A stretch of 64,000 bases of DNA from assembly GCF_964204645.1 (NCBI RefSeq), contig NC_134028.1:5270001-5334000 (forward strand), read 5' to 3'. The notes under the pieces are model-generated. The model was not told the origin of the DNA. It saw nothing but the letters and a program-made list of their open reading frames with translations, and made no database searches. The translations under genes and the position numbers were made by a program. Shown here piece by piece: positions 52,964 through 63,834 of this stretch; positions within the stretch are counted from its first letter, which is position 1; every line of letters begins with the position of its first letter. The DNA is from Tubulanus polymorphus. Lineage: Eukaryota; Animalia; Nemertea.

Positions 52964-53214
52964 GTACGGATTACTCAGGAATTATTTGTACAAGAAGGGA
53001 TAGGGTTAGGGTAAGGTGAGGCTATATCTAGTTAAAACATTCTGGCCCGGGTTCGAGTCTCACTTGATTCGCTCTATTTTTCTCTAACTCTTTTCCTTGA
53101 ATTTTCTAAGTCGCGCACCTCCGTGCGCATGCGCAGCGTAAAACAGCCAATCAGCAACAGTTATTAGCGTACAGATCCTAATTCCGTACGAATAGCCTCC
53201 AGAGTAATCCGTAC
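52964..53214. mobile_element. TIR-bounded element in STPG2 intron 1
   Basis: GTACGGATTACTCAGGA ... TCCAGAGTAATCCGTAC (16/17 inverted match); internal TAGGGTTAGGG, TGCGCATGCGCA and AGCCAATCAG. Confidence 0.55.
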
Positions 53215-53302
53215 GAGTCCGTACTAGTAGACACAGCGTTTATTAAAATTTATTGATATATATGTATATTCACTTTTACAGATACTCTACTAACTAGGAA
53301 GT

Positions 53303-53414
53303 ATGTATGACCGTGCACCAAGATGGCTGTCACAGCCTCTGTGCAGCACTACCGAAATCGTCGGTCCCGGAACTTACGATTCAGATCTTCCGAATAACGT
53401 CAAAAGTCGAGCAG
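53303..53414 (+). CDS. STPG2: STPG2-like coding exon 1 (exon begins 53282)
   Basis: ttttacag|atac..ATG; MYDRAPRWLSQPLCSTTEIVGPGTYDSDLPNNVKSRA; cag|gtaaaa. Confidence 0.88.
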
Positions 53415-55705
53415 GTAAAAAATATTTCCCGATCGTCTACCTTAGAAAACATCTGTATTCGTGATTGGGGTATTTGAATTTTTTTTTTTTTTTTCTTACA
53501 GATGGTTACGCTCCTTTCTTATCGATGACGAGCCGTGATACTTTTCTGAATCCGACTGATGCGATTATCGCCGCCCCCGGGCCGGGCCAATATGACCCTG
53601 GGTCAGCTCAAGAAAATGTCAAGGTCAGTATTCGTTGCTTAATGAAGAAATTTGTCATAGAACGGTATTTGACTCTTAGGCATTGAAAAAATCCGATATG
53701 CTTAACATCTGTTTTGGAAATATCTGGAGCTAGTTGCTCAAAAGATGGTGATGATTTAAAACTTGGTTCTTACGTACTTCTCCAGCAACTGATCTCTGAA
53801 ATTTCTAAAACAGATATACCTATAGATCACATTGTTTTAAGTTCTACAAGTTTAGTCTAGTTTATTGAGCCAGAATAAGATGTTTTATTATTTAATCAAA
53901 TTTAAATTTATCAATTTCTTTGTCCAGTCAATGCTTTGATATCTTCCTTATTTTCTGTGAGAGTCTGAAATTCAAACGTCGGTCTGTTTCGTGATTTTGC
54001 GTTAAGCTGAGTTGACATTTCAATTGTTAATTAACAGGGTGGTCGAGCATTGAGTAATAGGGCAAGACGATTTGAGGAGAAATACAGTGACGATACTCCA
54101 GGACCTGGTGCATATTCTCTGTCAAAGAAAGAAGATTGGGTTAAAAATCAACGAAATAACGAAAAAGGATTTGTAAGTATCACTTTTTGCTCGAATTTCA
54201 TTCAAAATTTCTGAACATAACGATTAGATTTAGTTCTTAACCTAGAGCTTTGGACCTTTGGGTCCTCTTGGTTGCTGCCATCTCTCCTGTCGTGTCAGTG
54301 GTATCAGAAGTTTCTTTCTCATTTTCAGCTAATCACGAACCGCGTGAAATTTCAACGTCAGCCAGCGGCGCCCTCTATACCGTGTCCGGGACAGGCGTAT
54401 GGATATGAAGAGAATGAGGATGGGACGCTGCGTAAGCAAGAAGCGCCGAATAGAGACGCGACAATGGGTCCCGCTTATTATAATGTGACTAATGTAAGTT
54501 ATGATATTGTAACTTGCTTAGCCATTATCAATTGTATTGAATGCTAGAAGACCGATTATACTGCTATTCACACAGAAATGCCACAAAATGAATGTGTATA
54601 CCCAGTCAGGACAATTTCTTCATATTTTGTCTGCAATTACTGAGAAAGAAAATTATTTCTATTTGGTTTAAAAATGGTGGTGGGTTTGTAAGGGACACTA
54701 AATCAAAACAAACCAAAATCTATGAATCAATTGAGAGAAATGCATGGATGAAACAAATATTGTTAGAAAGTTTATTCATTCTACTAATTATCGTTAAGAT
54801 TTTTCAACTTTTCCGATTCGTTTTCAGGATCCGACGCACGCTTCGAAGACGTACAAAGGAATTCACTTCTCGAAATATACGGGGCGAAAACTGGATCTCG
54901 CGAAAGTCGGCGGCCCGGGTCCGGGAGAGTACGAACCGTTCGTCGAGCCTCAAATTCTGACCGAAAATATAAACATGAAAGAAGAGGAACAGCGAAAATA
55001 CGAAGCGAATATTCCACGATATCATGAGATTATCGAACAGGTCGAACACAAAAAGGTAAATCTGTTCTGTCAAAAGTTTTTAGCAAGTTCTTCGTAAGAC
55101 ATTTGAAATGGTGTGGATTTACTACAACGTTAATTTTGTATTGTGGAAATTTTTACAGAATGTACCTGGTCCTGGGAAGTATGACGTCGCCGGTCAATTC
55201 GAACCTAGACCCCCAAAAATGAACACGGAAGGAATCGAAGTGGAACATCCACCATTCGGCTCACAAGCGCGGGTTAGTATTATTTAGAATCTATCCAAAA
55301 TATTAGGCTCTAGTAAAATAGAAATGAGGAGTGTTCTGTATAGAATAGTGATTTTAGTAACATCGTTGATAGTATGCTGCAATCATTCTCATTCTGTGCT
55401 GCCATCTTTGTTTAAAGTTTTGAAGCAATTTATTCCTGCTGATTCATTGCTATGATGTGCTGCCATCTCGGTGTCATCAACAGAACCGAACATTCAACTA
55501 TTCCCACTTCATAAACTTTTCAATGTTATATTCCCTATATTGTAGAGATTTAGCAATAAGAAACTGGTCACTCCGTCTCCCGGTAGTTACAACGACCCGA
55601 GGTCTGCATTTGGTGTGTTGAAACGTGTGACGGGTTTGAAAAAGAGTCCTTTCGGTCAAACGGCAGTTCGATTCCACGGTGAACCTCACATCAAGAAAAC
55701 ACCTG
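53303..55705 (+). CDS. STPG2: Sperm-tail PG-rich repeat-containing protein 2-like (SHIPPO/PGP repeats), 5' part, 345 codons; join(53303..53414,53502..53623,54038..54172,54329..54493,54828..55055,55159..55272,55546..55705)
   Basis: Stop-free spliced ORF starting MYDRAPR...VGPGTY...DGYAPFLSMTSR with recurring PGPGxY repeats (PGPGQY, PGPGAY, PGPGEY, PGPGKY, PSPGSY) and an APSIPxPGQAYGYE segment typical of STPG2. All introns are GT-AG with consistent phases. Confidence 0.88.
53502..53623 (+). CDS. STPG2: STPG2-like coding exon 2
   Basis: polyT-cttacag|; DGYAPFLSMTSRDTFLNPTDAIIAAPGPGQYDPGSAQENVK; aag|gtcagt. Confidence 0.92.
54038..54172 (+). CDS. STPG2: STPG2-like coding exon 3
   Basis: ttaacag|; GGRALSNRARRFEEKYSDDTPGPGAYSLSKKEDWVKNQRNNEKGF; |gtaagt; 135 nt. 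Confidence 0.9.
54329..54493 (+). CDS. STPG2: STPG2-like coding exon 4
   Basis: attttcag|; LITNRVKFQRQPAAPSIPCPGQAYGYEENEDGTLRKQEAPNRDATMGPAYYNVTN; |gtaagt; 165 nt. Confidence 0.92.
54828..55055 (+). CDS. STPG2: STPG2-like coding exon 5
   Basis: ttttcag|; DPTHASKTYKGIHFSKYTGRKLDLAKVGGPGPGEYEP...IPRYHEIIEQVEHKK; aag|gtaaat; 228 nt. Confidence 0.92.
55159..55272 (+). CDS. STPG2: STPG2-like coding exon 6
   Basis: ttttacag|; NVPGPGKYDVAGQFEPRPPKMNTEGIEVEHPPFGSQAR; cgg|gttagt; 114 nt. Confidence 0.92.
55546..55705 (+). CDS. STPG2: STPG2-like coding exon 7 (last one found in window)
   Basis: ttgtag|; RFSNKKLVTPSPGSYNDPRSAFGVLKRVTGLKKSPFGQTAVRFHGEPHIKKTP; ctg|gtaatt; phase 1. Confidence 0.92.
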
Positions 55706-57257
55706 GTAATTATTCTCGAATCCTGAGTTATTCTCGAGTGATTTGAGCGTCACTTCTCTGCAGTTTTGGTGTTGAGTACTGGGGAAGGGGGGTGGGGGTA
55801 TCTACATGGATTCAGAACAATCCAGTTTGCAATATTCTCAAGGCTTTTGCACCCAGTTCCTCAGTCATGACACAAGTTGTGTCTATGAGTCTGAATCTTA
55901 CCCACTTCTGTAGACTGGGTATCTATATTAGACAGGGGGTATATGTCCAATTATCCCTCAAAATCATCTATCAGTATGCTACTGATAGATATTTTGAACT
56001 TTGGGCGTTCCTTCAAAATTTCCATAATCTTGCTTTTTGAGCAATTCTTTCTTTCATCTCACTCAAATGCCAGGATTAATCAAACCTCACTCAAAGTACC
56101 GATGACTTAAGGCTAGAAAAATATTCGCCGAGTCTGTTGATAGTTTTAAGTGCGTTGTTTATCTATATTAATCACCGAGGTCTGTCTATAGTCTGTTGAG
56201 AGGAGGATGTTTGGTCTTATTGATAAATCAAGTGCGGCATTTGATAATTCGAAGAAATCGATGATAATGATAATATTTTAACATTTTGTTGTCGCTGATA
56301 ATTGTTTTATATGCCCTGTAGCTTTCATCGCTGTGATTCATTGTTATGATTTGCGGTTGAGCTAAAGAATAACTTCCCGGTTTCATTGTAGTCGGATGCT
56401 TGAGTCATTTGGGCTCTGTTTTTTGTCAGTTTATGTTATTTCTCGAGCTTACGTTTTGTTCTCTGGGTTCAGGTTTCGTGAAACAAAACGTCAGGTTTGA
56501 ATGGATGTCCTCATCGAAAGCATGAAGTAACTAACAACAACTAAACTAAAAAAAATTGAGTTCAACTTTTTTTCGTGAAAGTCGAACCCGAACATAATGA
56601 TATCTTCTTAAAACTGTAAATTGAGATGGTAAAAAAATTTTGTAATTCTTAATCTGTGATTTGAATCAGATGTTGAGCATTGAACTTTAATACTGGGCTT
56701 AATTCATCTGGCTTTGATTGAAAAAATGAGTTTAATCTGGCCTTGTTCTTAACTACTTCCAAATTATCTCTGTCTTTTTGCCTGCCTGTCTTATTGGGGA
56801 TTATTCGTGAATTATTTTCATCTTCATATAGGGCCTGCACCCATTAGAAATTGAAATTCTTGACCCCCTTTCCTCTGGTTGGTTGCGTACTTACTTTTTG
56901 AACTGTCCCTGTCAGGCACCAGTCGAAGTTGAGATATGTTTCGTTGTAATTCGATACGCCTGCATGCGAAACTTCTACGTTCGTTCGGCTAAACAGGAAA
57001 TTAAAAGTCGCAGGTGTTCACTACACCTCATTATAGAAAAACCGTTAACAATCCTCGGTTTTCAAAATCATCAGTATAAATTTGACTCAATTCTGGTGAC
57101 TCAGAAACGAACAAGAAAACTGCGAAAAGTCTTAAAAGAAAGTCGTAACCTTTCACGTGACTGAGTGCATGACAGAAACCAGGACTCAGTTCAACAATTA
57201 TGAGTAAAATATGAATCAAGAATTAAAACCATTGAAAATTAACTTACGCATCTAACT

Positions 57258-57536
57258 CTGGGCTTAGTTGTGACAGAGACCTTAAGCCAAAAGTGGTCTT
57301 AAATTATAAAAACTTACCTTAAGTCTAATGATTGGGTAAGGACGGTCTTAGACTAGTATTAAATCTAAATCTAAGCCATAGCTATGCAACTTGGGCAGAT
57401 TCTATAGTCGGGGCTTAAGTACAAAAGTCGTCGTAAATGTTATGACTGGTCTTAGGTAGTTAGATTGGCTATAAAAAAACAAGTATGGTCTTAGACTAGT
57501 CTTAAATCTAAGGCATGACCGTGAAAATGAAGCCTG
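57258..57536. mobile_element. Two adjacent MITE family C copies
   Basis: ggtcttagactagt..taaatctaag.cat repeated; reverse complement of the family C core. Confidence 0.6.
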
Positions 57537-60497
57537 GTCTCTTAACCAACAACTATACAGATTCAGAATTCAAAGAATGGTTAAAAAATGTTAGACGATA
57601 GTTGACAAAGATAGTGTCCTATCCAGGGACTCAAACCCACGGCCTGTCATCTTCGAACTAAATGCACTAAATAACTACCTGCTTACACTGCTCGAAGACC
57701 ATTAAAAAGAAACTAGCGACATTTAGAAGATCGTATCATGTAATCTGGTATAATCTGATACATGTATAATTCAGTCGTTGGATCGTGCATCGGAACAAGA
57801 CAAAAAAACTGATATAATTCTCGATCTCTCTAATTGAAGGATTAGGGTTATATGAAAGAGCTGCTCTTTTCCCAGCGGCTCATTAAAGGATTAGACAACG
57901 AAATAGCGGTAAATAATACGCGGCGGTAATCGGATAAAACCAGTCGAAATCCGTCCGACCGACGGCAAAACGATTGATGTCCGCGATCGGAGGAGAAATT
58001 GAAATCTCGTCGCGTAACGTCGAGTCCCGAATAACGATTCCACAAGTCCCGACGCAACCGGTCGGGAATAACGCAGGCCGTCTTAAAGAACGCCGACTGA
58101 GATAACGCTGTCGGAATTAAGCCCCGTATGAGTGAATTCTATCGATAAATAACCCGCGATCTGTCACAGCTAGAGAGAGAGAGAGAGAGAGAGAGCGAGG
58201 CAAGTCGTCGAACCATCGCGAGGCGTACGGTCTTCATCTAGCGATTTCTCATCGGACTCAATCATTCTCGTTCTTCTCGTTTTTATTGCTACCGAATCAA
58301 TTATAATGCGTTTTGTTCGTCGTACAACTTCGTATAGACCGGAATAATTGCTCGGACTTATCTATGTGTCTGAAACGGCATGAAGATTAGCGTATTTCTG
58401 TAATTCTTATACGCGAGGCGAATTTCGAGATTAGTCATCGTTTTTGCGCGGCTGTTGTTGTCGTGCGGCGTAGTTGTTGTTCCGCGTATCGTCATCGTGC
58501 CCCGGTTGGGAATAAGACCGCATTGCCGTCGCGTAGATCTTCTAATCTGTTGCTTAAGCTAATAACTATTCGGTCGACCGTGATAGATGAGCGTTTCATC
58601 GAACGCGCGATATCTACGATTTCCGAAATTGATCTTTTATTGAAATCGAATAAGCCCAGCAGTCGTGCGGAGGTTTTTAAGTAATCAATACGATTTTTCT
58701 CAACTCCAAAAAGTAGCTTGACTGAACTTTGATACTGGGCTTAATTTTTTTAGCTAATTGAAAAAATGAGTTTAATCCGGCCTTGTTCTTTACTACTTGC
58801 CAGTCCTAATTCTTCCATTGCCTACAGTTGAGCGTTTAGTCTTAAGTGTTAAACTAAAAGCTAGCTAGTACACTCTTACCCATTTCCACCCATAGTACAA
58901 ATATGGAAGTTAAACCTGTTCTTTAGGGATAGAAAATGGGCTTGCGTCATCTCAACTGTGGAACTCTGAAGTCGGTTCTTAGGACTTCAAGGTCAAGGTC
59001 GTCTTTATTTTAAGCCAGGTCTTGAGATGTAAGATTGGCTAAATGACCTCTGAGCTACTCGTCGAATAAGACTCAGATATAGCGGTTAGTTTTTGATGGA
59101 CAGGTGTAATCGAATATTCTATACGGCTGGGTCAGCGTAGTTCATCTAATTCGAATCGATCTCTCCGAACGGGCGCCATTTTCGCGAGACCTTTCGATTC
59201 GTAAATGGACAGCGCGTGACTCGAGGAGGATCGTACAGGGTCATGAGGTCGCTGAGATATCCGTTCGGCTCCAGCAAACTGTGATCGATATATATGAGAA
59301 AATTATACGCAAGACCTCTAAGTATGGGTTCATTGTTTGTCATAACTGCGTAAGACAAAGCGTTTTTGATGAAGTTTTCAAAATCCTTCGCGGAGATTTG
59401 ATGTAATTCTTTGAAATTTTGCTATAGGCCTATATAGTTGTTGTCCATTCTGAAAGCAAGAGGCATTCATAGGCCCCGATAATTCGACCACCGCATATCT
59501 TCCAGATAGATAATCAAGTTGATGAAGTCACCTCTCGACTTGATTGTGTTTCAGTGCTTGATGATAGAGAAGTCAGAGAGGCCACTTACCTGGAAATCGG
59601 GGACAATTCGGGGAATTTATTTTTCTTTTAAGTCAGGGAATAGTCAGAGAATTTAGTAAAAGAGCTAATAATGACAAAAATCAGGGAATAACCAGGGAAT
59701 GTATTGAGATATTGTAAACTCAAACGGTCTGCGTTTTATGTATTTGGGTTTTGTTGGTCAATTGGAATCTTAGCAGGTAAAGGCCTGGAAAACAACTTAC
59801 ATGTCAGGGAAAAGTCATGGAAAGAACCACGAAAATAAGATGAAATTGGCCACGCTGTTAGTTTTATAGTCACTCATGGTAAAACTCTGTCAGACGATAA
59901 AATAAACGAGTGATTCAGTTTTATTAATCATTACTGGTTAATCCTATCATAAATAAAAATAAAGCTGCGTCATTATTATTTTTAATTCTGTACAGCGTAC
60001 GAGAGGCTTAGAAGTTCAATCACTGTCCGATCACGTGAGGCGGAACTAACTAGTTTTAAATATTGACGTCCGTCCGTCTGTAGGAAAATCTACTAATTAT
60101 CCCCGACGACGATCTTTGTCTCTGATGACGAAAACATCGATGTAGGAATCCGTCTAATGACAATATGTCGAAGATTAATTCATCCTTTACCTGACATCGT
60201 TCTCGATAATGCTGTCTGAAGAGGGATTTGAAACGTAGCTCGTGACAGATTGTCATCGCTAAAAAAGAAAACACAAAATTGTGTATCCTTTGTTTTTATA
60301 CCAGATCATTTCTCAAATGTCAGCTTCTGTCAAATTCAGAAACTGATAGTATGTCTTTTTCTCCATATTCTATTCAATCATTTGACAAAAAAATGTCAAT
60401 AAAAGTAAAAACTTTGCTGTGGCTACTGACAGTACTTTGATTCAATTCCAAGTGTTTGACAAGCATGGTTAAAATAACAGTCAGTACTTCATTTCCA

Positions 60498-60827
60498 AAA
60501 GCCCCGATCACATGGAGATGATTTGGTCCGGATAAGGCCTGAGTCAAATTTGGCCCGTGCGTCATTAGAGAGCGCGTTCACACGTAAACCACTCATTCAA
60601 TACTAAACAATGCTTAAACAAAGCGAAGGGAATCTCTTCCAGAACCGGTTAGCATTCACACGCAATCATTTGACCCATGCTAAAATTAGCTTTGGTCTGG
60701 TCCGACGTTTTTGGTCGGGCCAAATTTGGCTCTTGCTGAACAGGCGTGGAGCTATTTCATACCCATATGAATGGTTGTTCTGGGCCTAATCTTCCACGGG
60801 CCAAAAAAGCTCATGTGATCGTGTTTA
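60498..60827 (+). mobile_element. MITE family A copy
   Basis: aaagccccgatcacatg ... catgtgatcgtgttta. Confidence 0.72.
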
Positions 60828-61900
60828 AAGCGTCATCCGTTTTATTCACAACTGATGAAATGGTTTTGAATCCATTATGCTAGCTCCTATGACCAGGTAT
60901 TATGCATTGTTTCGGTATTTTGCTTTGCTCTTTGTGTCTGCAGAAAAACAGGCTCCGATATTCGAGATTAATGAGATATCGTTATCTCCGTGCAGGTTTT
61001 CTGATGAGGATGCTCATAATTCGAGTATGTTATCCGTCATTGAGCTCAGATCGCTGGTGCCATTGTGACTGCGTGGTCGGCGTTCTATTTTCCGGTCACG
61101 TCTGAAATCCGTTTCATCGCTTCGTCCAGATTTAGACTAATCTAATTTGTCTCGCCGATTGCGTAGGGCTCGGATTTTCTGGTTCGTTCCCCCGGAGTAA
61201 ACCGGCGAAGTATGTACGTACGTCATGAATCATTAGACAGCGGACCTAGTCGAAAAATTAATTAGTTGACCGTTTTTAAGTGGCGTTTACGCCGGTGAGG
61301 GGCTGAATCCCCGACGCGCAGCGGGACCTAGTCTAATAATCATTACGTCTGTTTATTACAAACTGAGTAGACTCCGCGGTTTCATCGTCAGAATGTGATT
61401 GAGAGTACGTGTCGAGCCATTTCGAGTCTTTGTTTCTACGACGACGCGTGTCGATCCCGTTACCGGTCGCGATTGTTACTCGTCGGCGTTCGACGCGACC
61501 GACGGACAGCGTTTCGATTGTTCGAGGGTGAAAATATTGACGCCATCGCGGTGGGTCGGTTATATACATTTTAGAGGCGTAAACGCAGAAATATCGAAAT
61601 GAATTGCATTCGTGTCACGCGATATCGAGGCTGGGTACTGGATTGATGCTTTCAAAAACGTTGCAGAACTGCATCTATAATATCCCGAATATAACAACAA
61701 GTTAACGCGGAACAACGGAATTTACTTTTTTAGATATGCGGTTTTTCAAACGACTTTGAATGTCCGACAAGTTCCTTACATCTCCTTGATTCCTTCAAAA
61801 TAGAAAATGCTTTTTAATCCGCTGGAAGATGACGAGAGAAATCCCACAATAACAAAGCCAAGATTGAAAAATTCTATATCAGAATGATTGTATTTGAGGA

Positions 61901-61940
61901 GCGACGTTTCGGCTAACAACTGTTAGCCATCATCAGGCAT
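61901..61940 (-). ncRNA. Minimal type I hammerhead ribozyme motif (Penelope-like element type)
   Basis: Minus strand reads gc-CTGATGA-T-GGCTAAC-AGTT-GTTAGCC-GAAAC-GTC-gc: complete CUGANGA/GAAA core, perfect 7-bp stem II, palindromic ACGT stem III, very short stem I. Confidence 0.7.
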
Positions 61941-61956
61941 ACTGATGATGGCTAGT

Positions 61957-61996
61957 ACGCCTGATGATGGCTAACAGTTGTTAGCCGAAATGTCGC
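61957..61996 (+). ncRNA. Minimal hammerhead ribozyme motif, second arm of palindrome (stem III C>T variant)
   Basis: gc-CTGATGA-T-GGCTAAC-AGTT-GTTAGCC-GAAAT-GTC-gc. Confidence 0.6.
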
Positions 61997-62220
61997 TTCT
62001 CAAATACAATCATTCTGATATAGAATTTTTCAATCTTGGCTTCGTTATTGTGGGATTTCTCTCATAATCATCATACACAGATATTGTGTATCTTCTCGTC
62101 TAAAAGTGCTTGAAGATCCTTCAATTTCTCCTGAAACTCCTTTAAAACTCCTTCAATTTAGAGAAATGGGCAATTAGTATTATTCAGTGGACGAATGCTA
62201 AATCAGTACAGTTGGGACCA

Positions 62221-62361
62221 GGGGCCAGTTGCACAGTCATGGCTTAAACTTAAGACCACTCTAAGACCAACTTAGTTCTATAGCCAGTCAAACAACTTAC
62301 GACCTATCTTAAGATTTAAGACCACTTTTGAACTTAAGTCATGACTGTGCAACTGGCGCCA
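62221..62361. mobile_element. MITE family C, ~140-bp hairpin element
   Basis: TIR ggggccagttgcacagtcatggcttaa ... ttaagtcatgactgtgcaactggcgcc; internal taagacc repeats. Confidence 0.72.
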
Positions 62362-62454
62362 GGACTTTTACTTCACTCAATTAGGCTGTTATCGAAAAGA
62401 TTAGCTTACAAAACCACTGAATTACCTACCGGTTTACAGAGATAAACAATAGCA

Positions 62455-62585
62455 GGGCCCATTTCCACGAAAGGTTAAAGCCTAAAACGGTTAAGTTTGA
62501 ATTGTTGTCCTCATTGAAAACATGAAGTAATCATTGGCAATTACACCAAAAATTTGAGTTTTACCTTTTTGTGAAACCGAGCCCA
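62455..62585. mobile_element. Short TIR element (related copy at 56465-56590)
   Basis: gggcccatttccacgaaa ... tttgtgaaaccgagccc; internal tgtcctcat.gaaa.catgaagtaa shared with 56506-56530. Confidence 0.6.
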
Positions 62586-63514
62586 GGAGTCTGTTGTTAT
62601 TGGGATATGAAAGTGATGCAGACGCTTCCTCGAAATTTGAAATCTTCTCCTTTAAAACTCCTTGAAAACTCCTATACCTTTTGGACTCGTTTTTTCTATT
62701 CGTATCGTGGGATTTTATCGTATTATCTAGATGAAGATGAAAGAAGTCTTTATTGTCACCGGTAACAGGAGCTCATCGGCGCGATAATTTTCCGAGGTGT
62801 TAGAATTGACGCTGGAAATGAGTATTAATTATTAGTCTGGATTAGATCCTGTTCCCGGTCTCCCAGACTGCAGGAAATGGTTTTCGAAAAGCCACTCGAT
62901 TTGATGAAAAAACAACAAAGTCGCCTCTAAACGCCCCGTAACGCTTTGATGATTTATGACCATCTTCGTGATTGTTCTATTTTATCCTGTCTTATTCAGT
63001 GGGTGCTGTTACTGACTTGCGTTTAGTGTCCAGTGAGGTGGAATTAATACTTTGAATGCTCGAAACTATAAAAACGAAGTCCGCGCCATGCGTTCATGTA
63101 CGTACGTACGCGCGCATCCTTTATGCGACTCTGACAAGCTTTCATAATGGATCTTTTTGAAAAATTCATTGTTCATTTCGTCGAAGTATGCAATAAGAAA
63201 TATACAATCATTCGGTATCTATGGTCTGAATGCTGGGACAGGGCGCTCTGCTTCTTTTGTATGAAGATGATATGATTTTGAGAATATTAGATAAGTTTTT
63301 TATTTTTCATCTTGAAACAGTGAGTCCCACTTATTTGATTTAGTGTCCTTTACAAACCCACCACACCTGCTGGGAACGAAACAGGGGTTTTTGAAAATAG
63401 GCCCGGATAAAAAAACTGGAATTGTCTTATCTTTAAAGAGACGGGTAAGATTTCCCCATTCTTTAGAAATGTATAAAATCCCAAAATGATGATGAAAAAT
63501 AAAGTCCGAAATGT

Positions 63515-63834
63515 TTCCTTTAAGCTAGCAGTTCATTCAACTTTACAACTATATCCCAATAGTCATCTTCAGGAATAGTGTATTCCTTGAACTAAGAGTT
63601 TATTCAAAGTCCAACTATATCCTAATAGTCATCTTCAGGAATAGTGTATTCCTTGAACTAAGAGTTTATTCAAAGTCCAACTATATCCTAATAGTCATCT
63701 TCAGGAATAGTGTATTCCTTGAACTAAGAGTTTATTCAAAGTCCAACTATATCTTATAGTCATCGTCAGGAATACTGTATTCCTTGAGCTAGGAGTTTAT
63801 TCAACTTTTCAACTTATATTCATCTTCAGGAATA
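63515..63834 (-). repeat. 66-bp tandem repeat (~5 units), each unit a degenerate hammerhead-like motif
   Basis: Unit starts at 63547, 63613, 63679, 63745, 63811; minus strand TATTC-CTGA(A/C)GA-T-GACTAT-loop-ATAGTT-(GAAA-like)-GAATA. Confidence 0.8.

Larger units (their letters stand above)
61834..62063. repeat. Long near-perfect inverted repeat (110-bp arms, 10-nt spacer), probable Penelope-like retroelement remnant
   Basis: Arms 61834-61943 and 61954-62063 differ at 4 positions, all transitions; each arm carries a hammerhead core. Confidence 0.85.

Noticed and set aside
57612-57690. tRNA-like B-box sequence (minus strand gtgggtttgagtccc; also 53045-53065)
   Set aside because: No cloverleaf can be built; at most decayed tRNA-derived SINE heads
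63547-63834. CRISPR-like regular repeat (also 23178-23368, 47652-47978, 13064-13566)
   Set aside because: Units repeat in full with no unique spacers, there are no cas genes, and the context is eukaryotic
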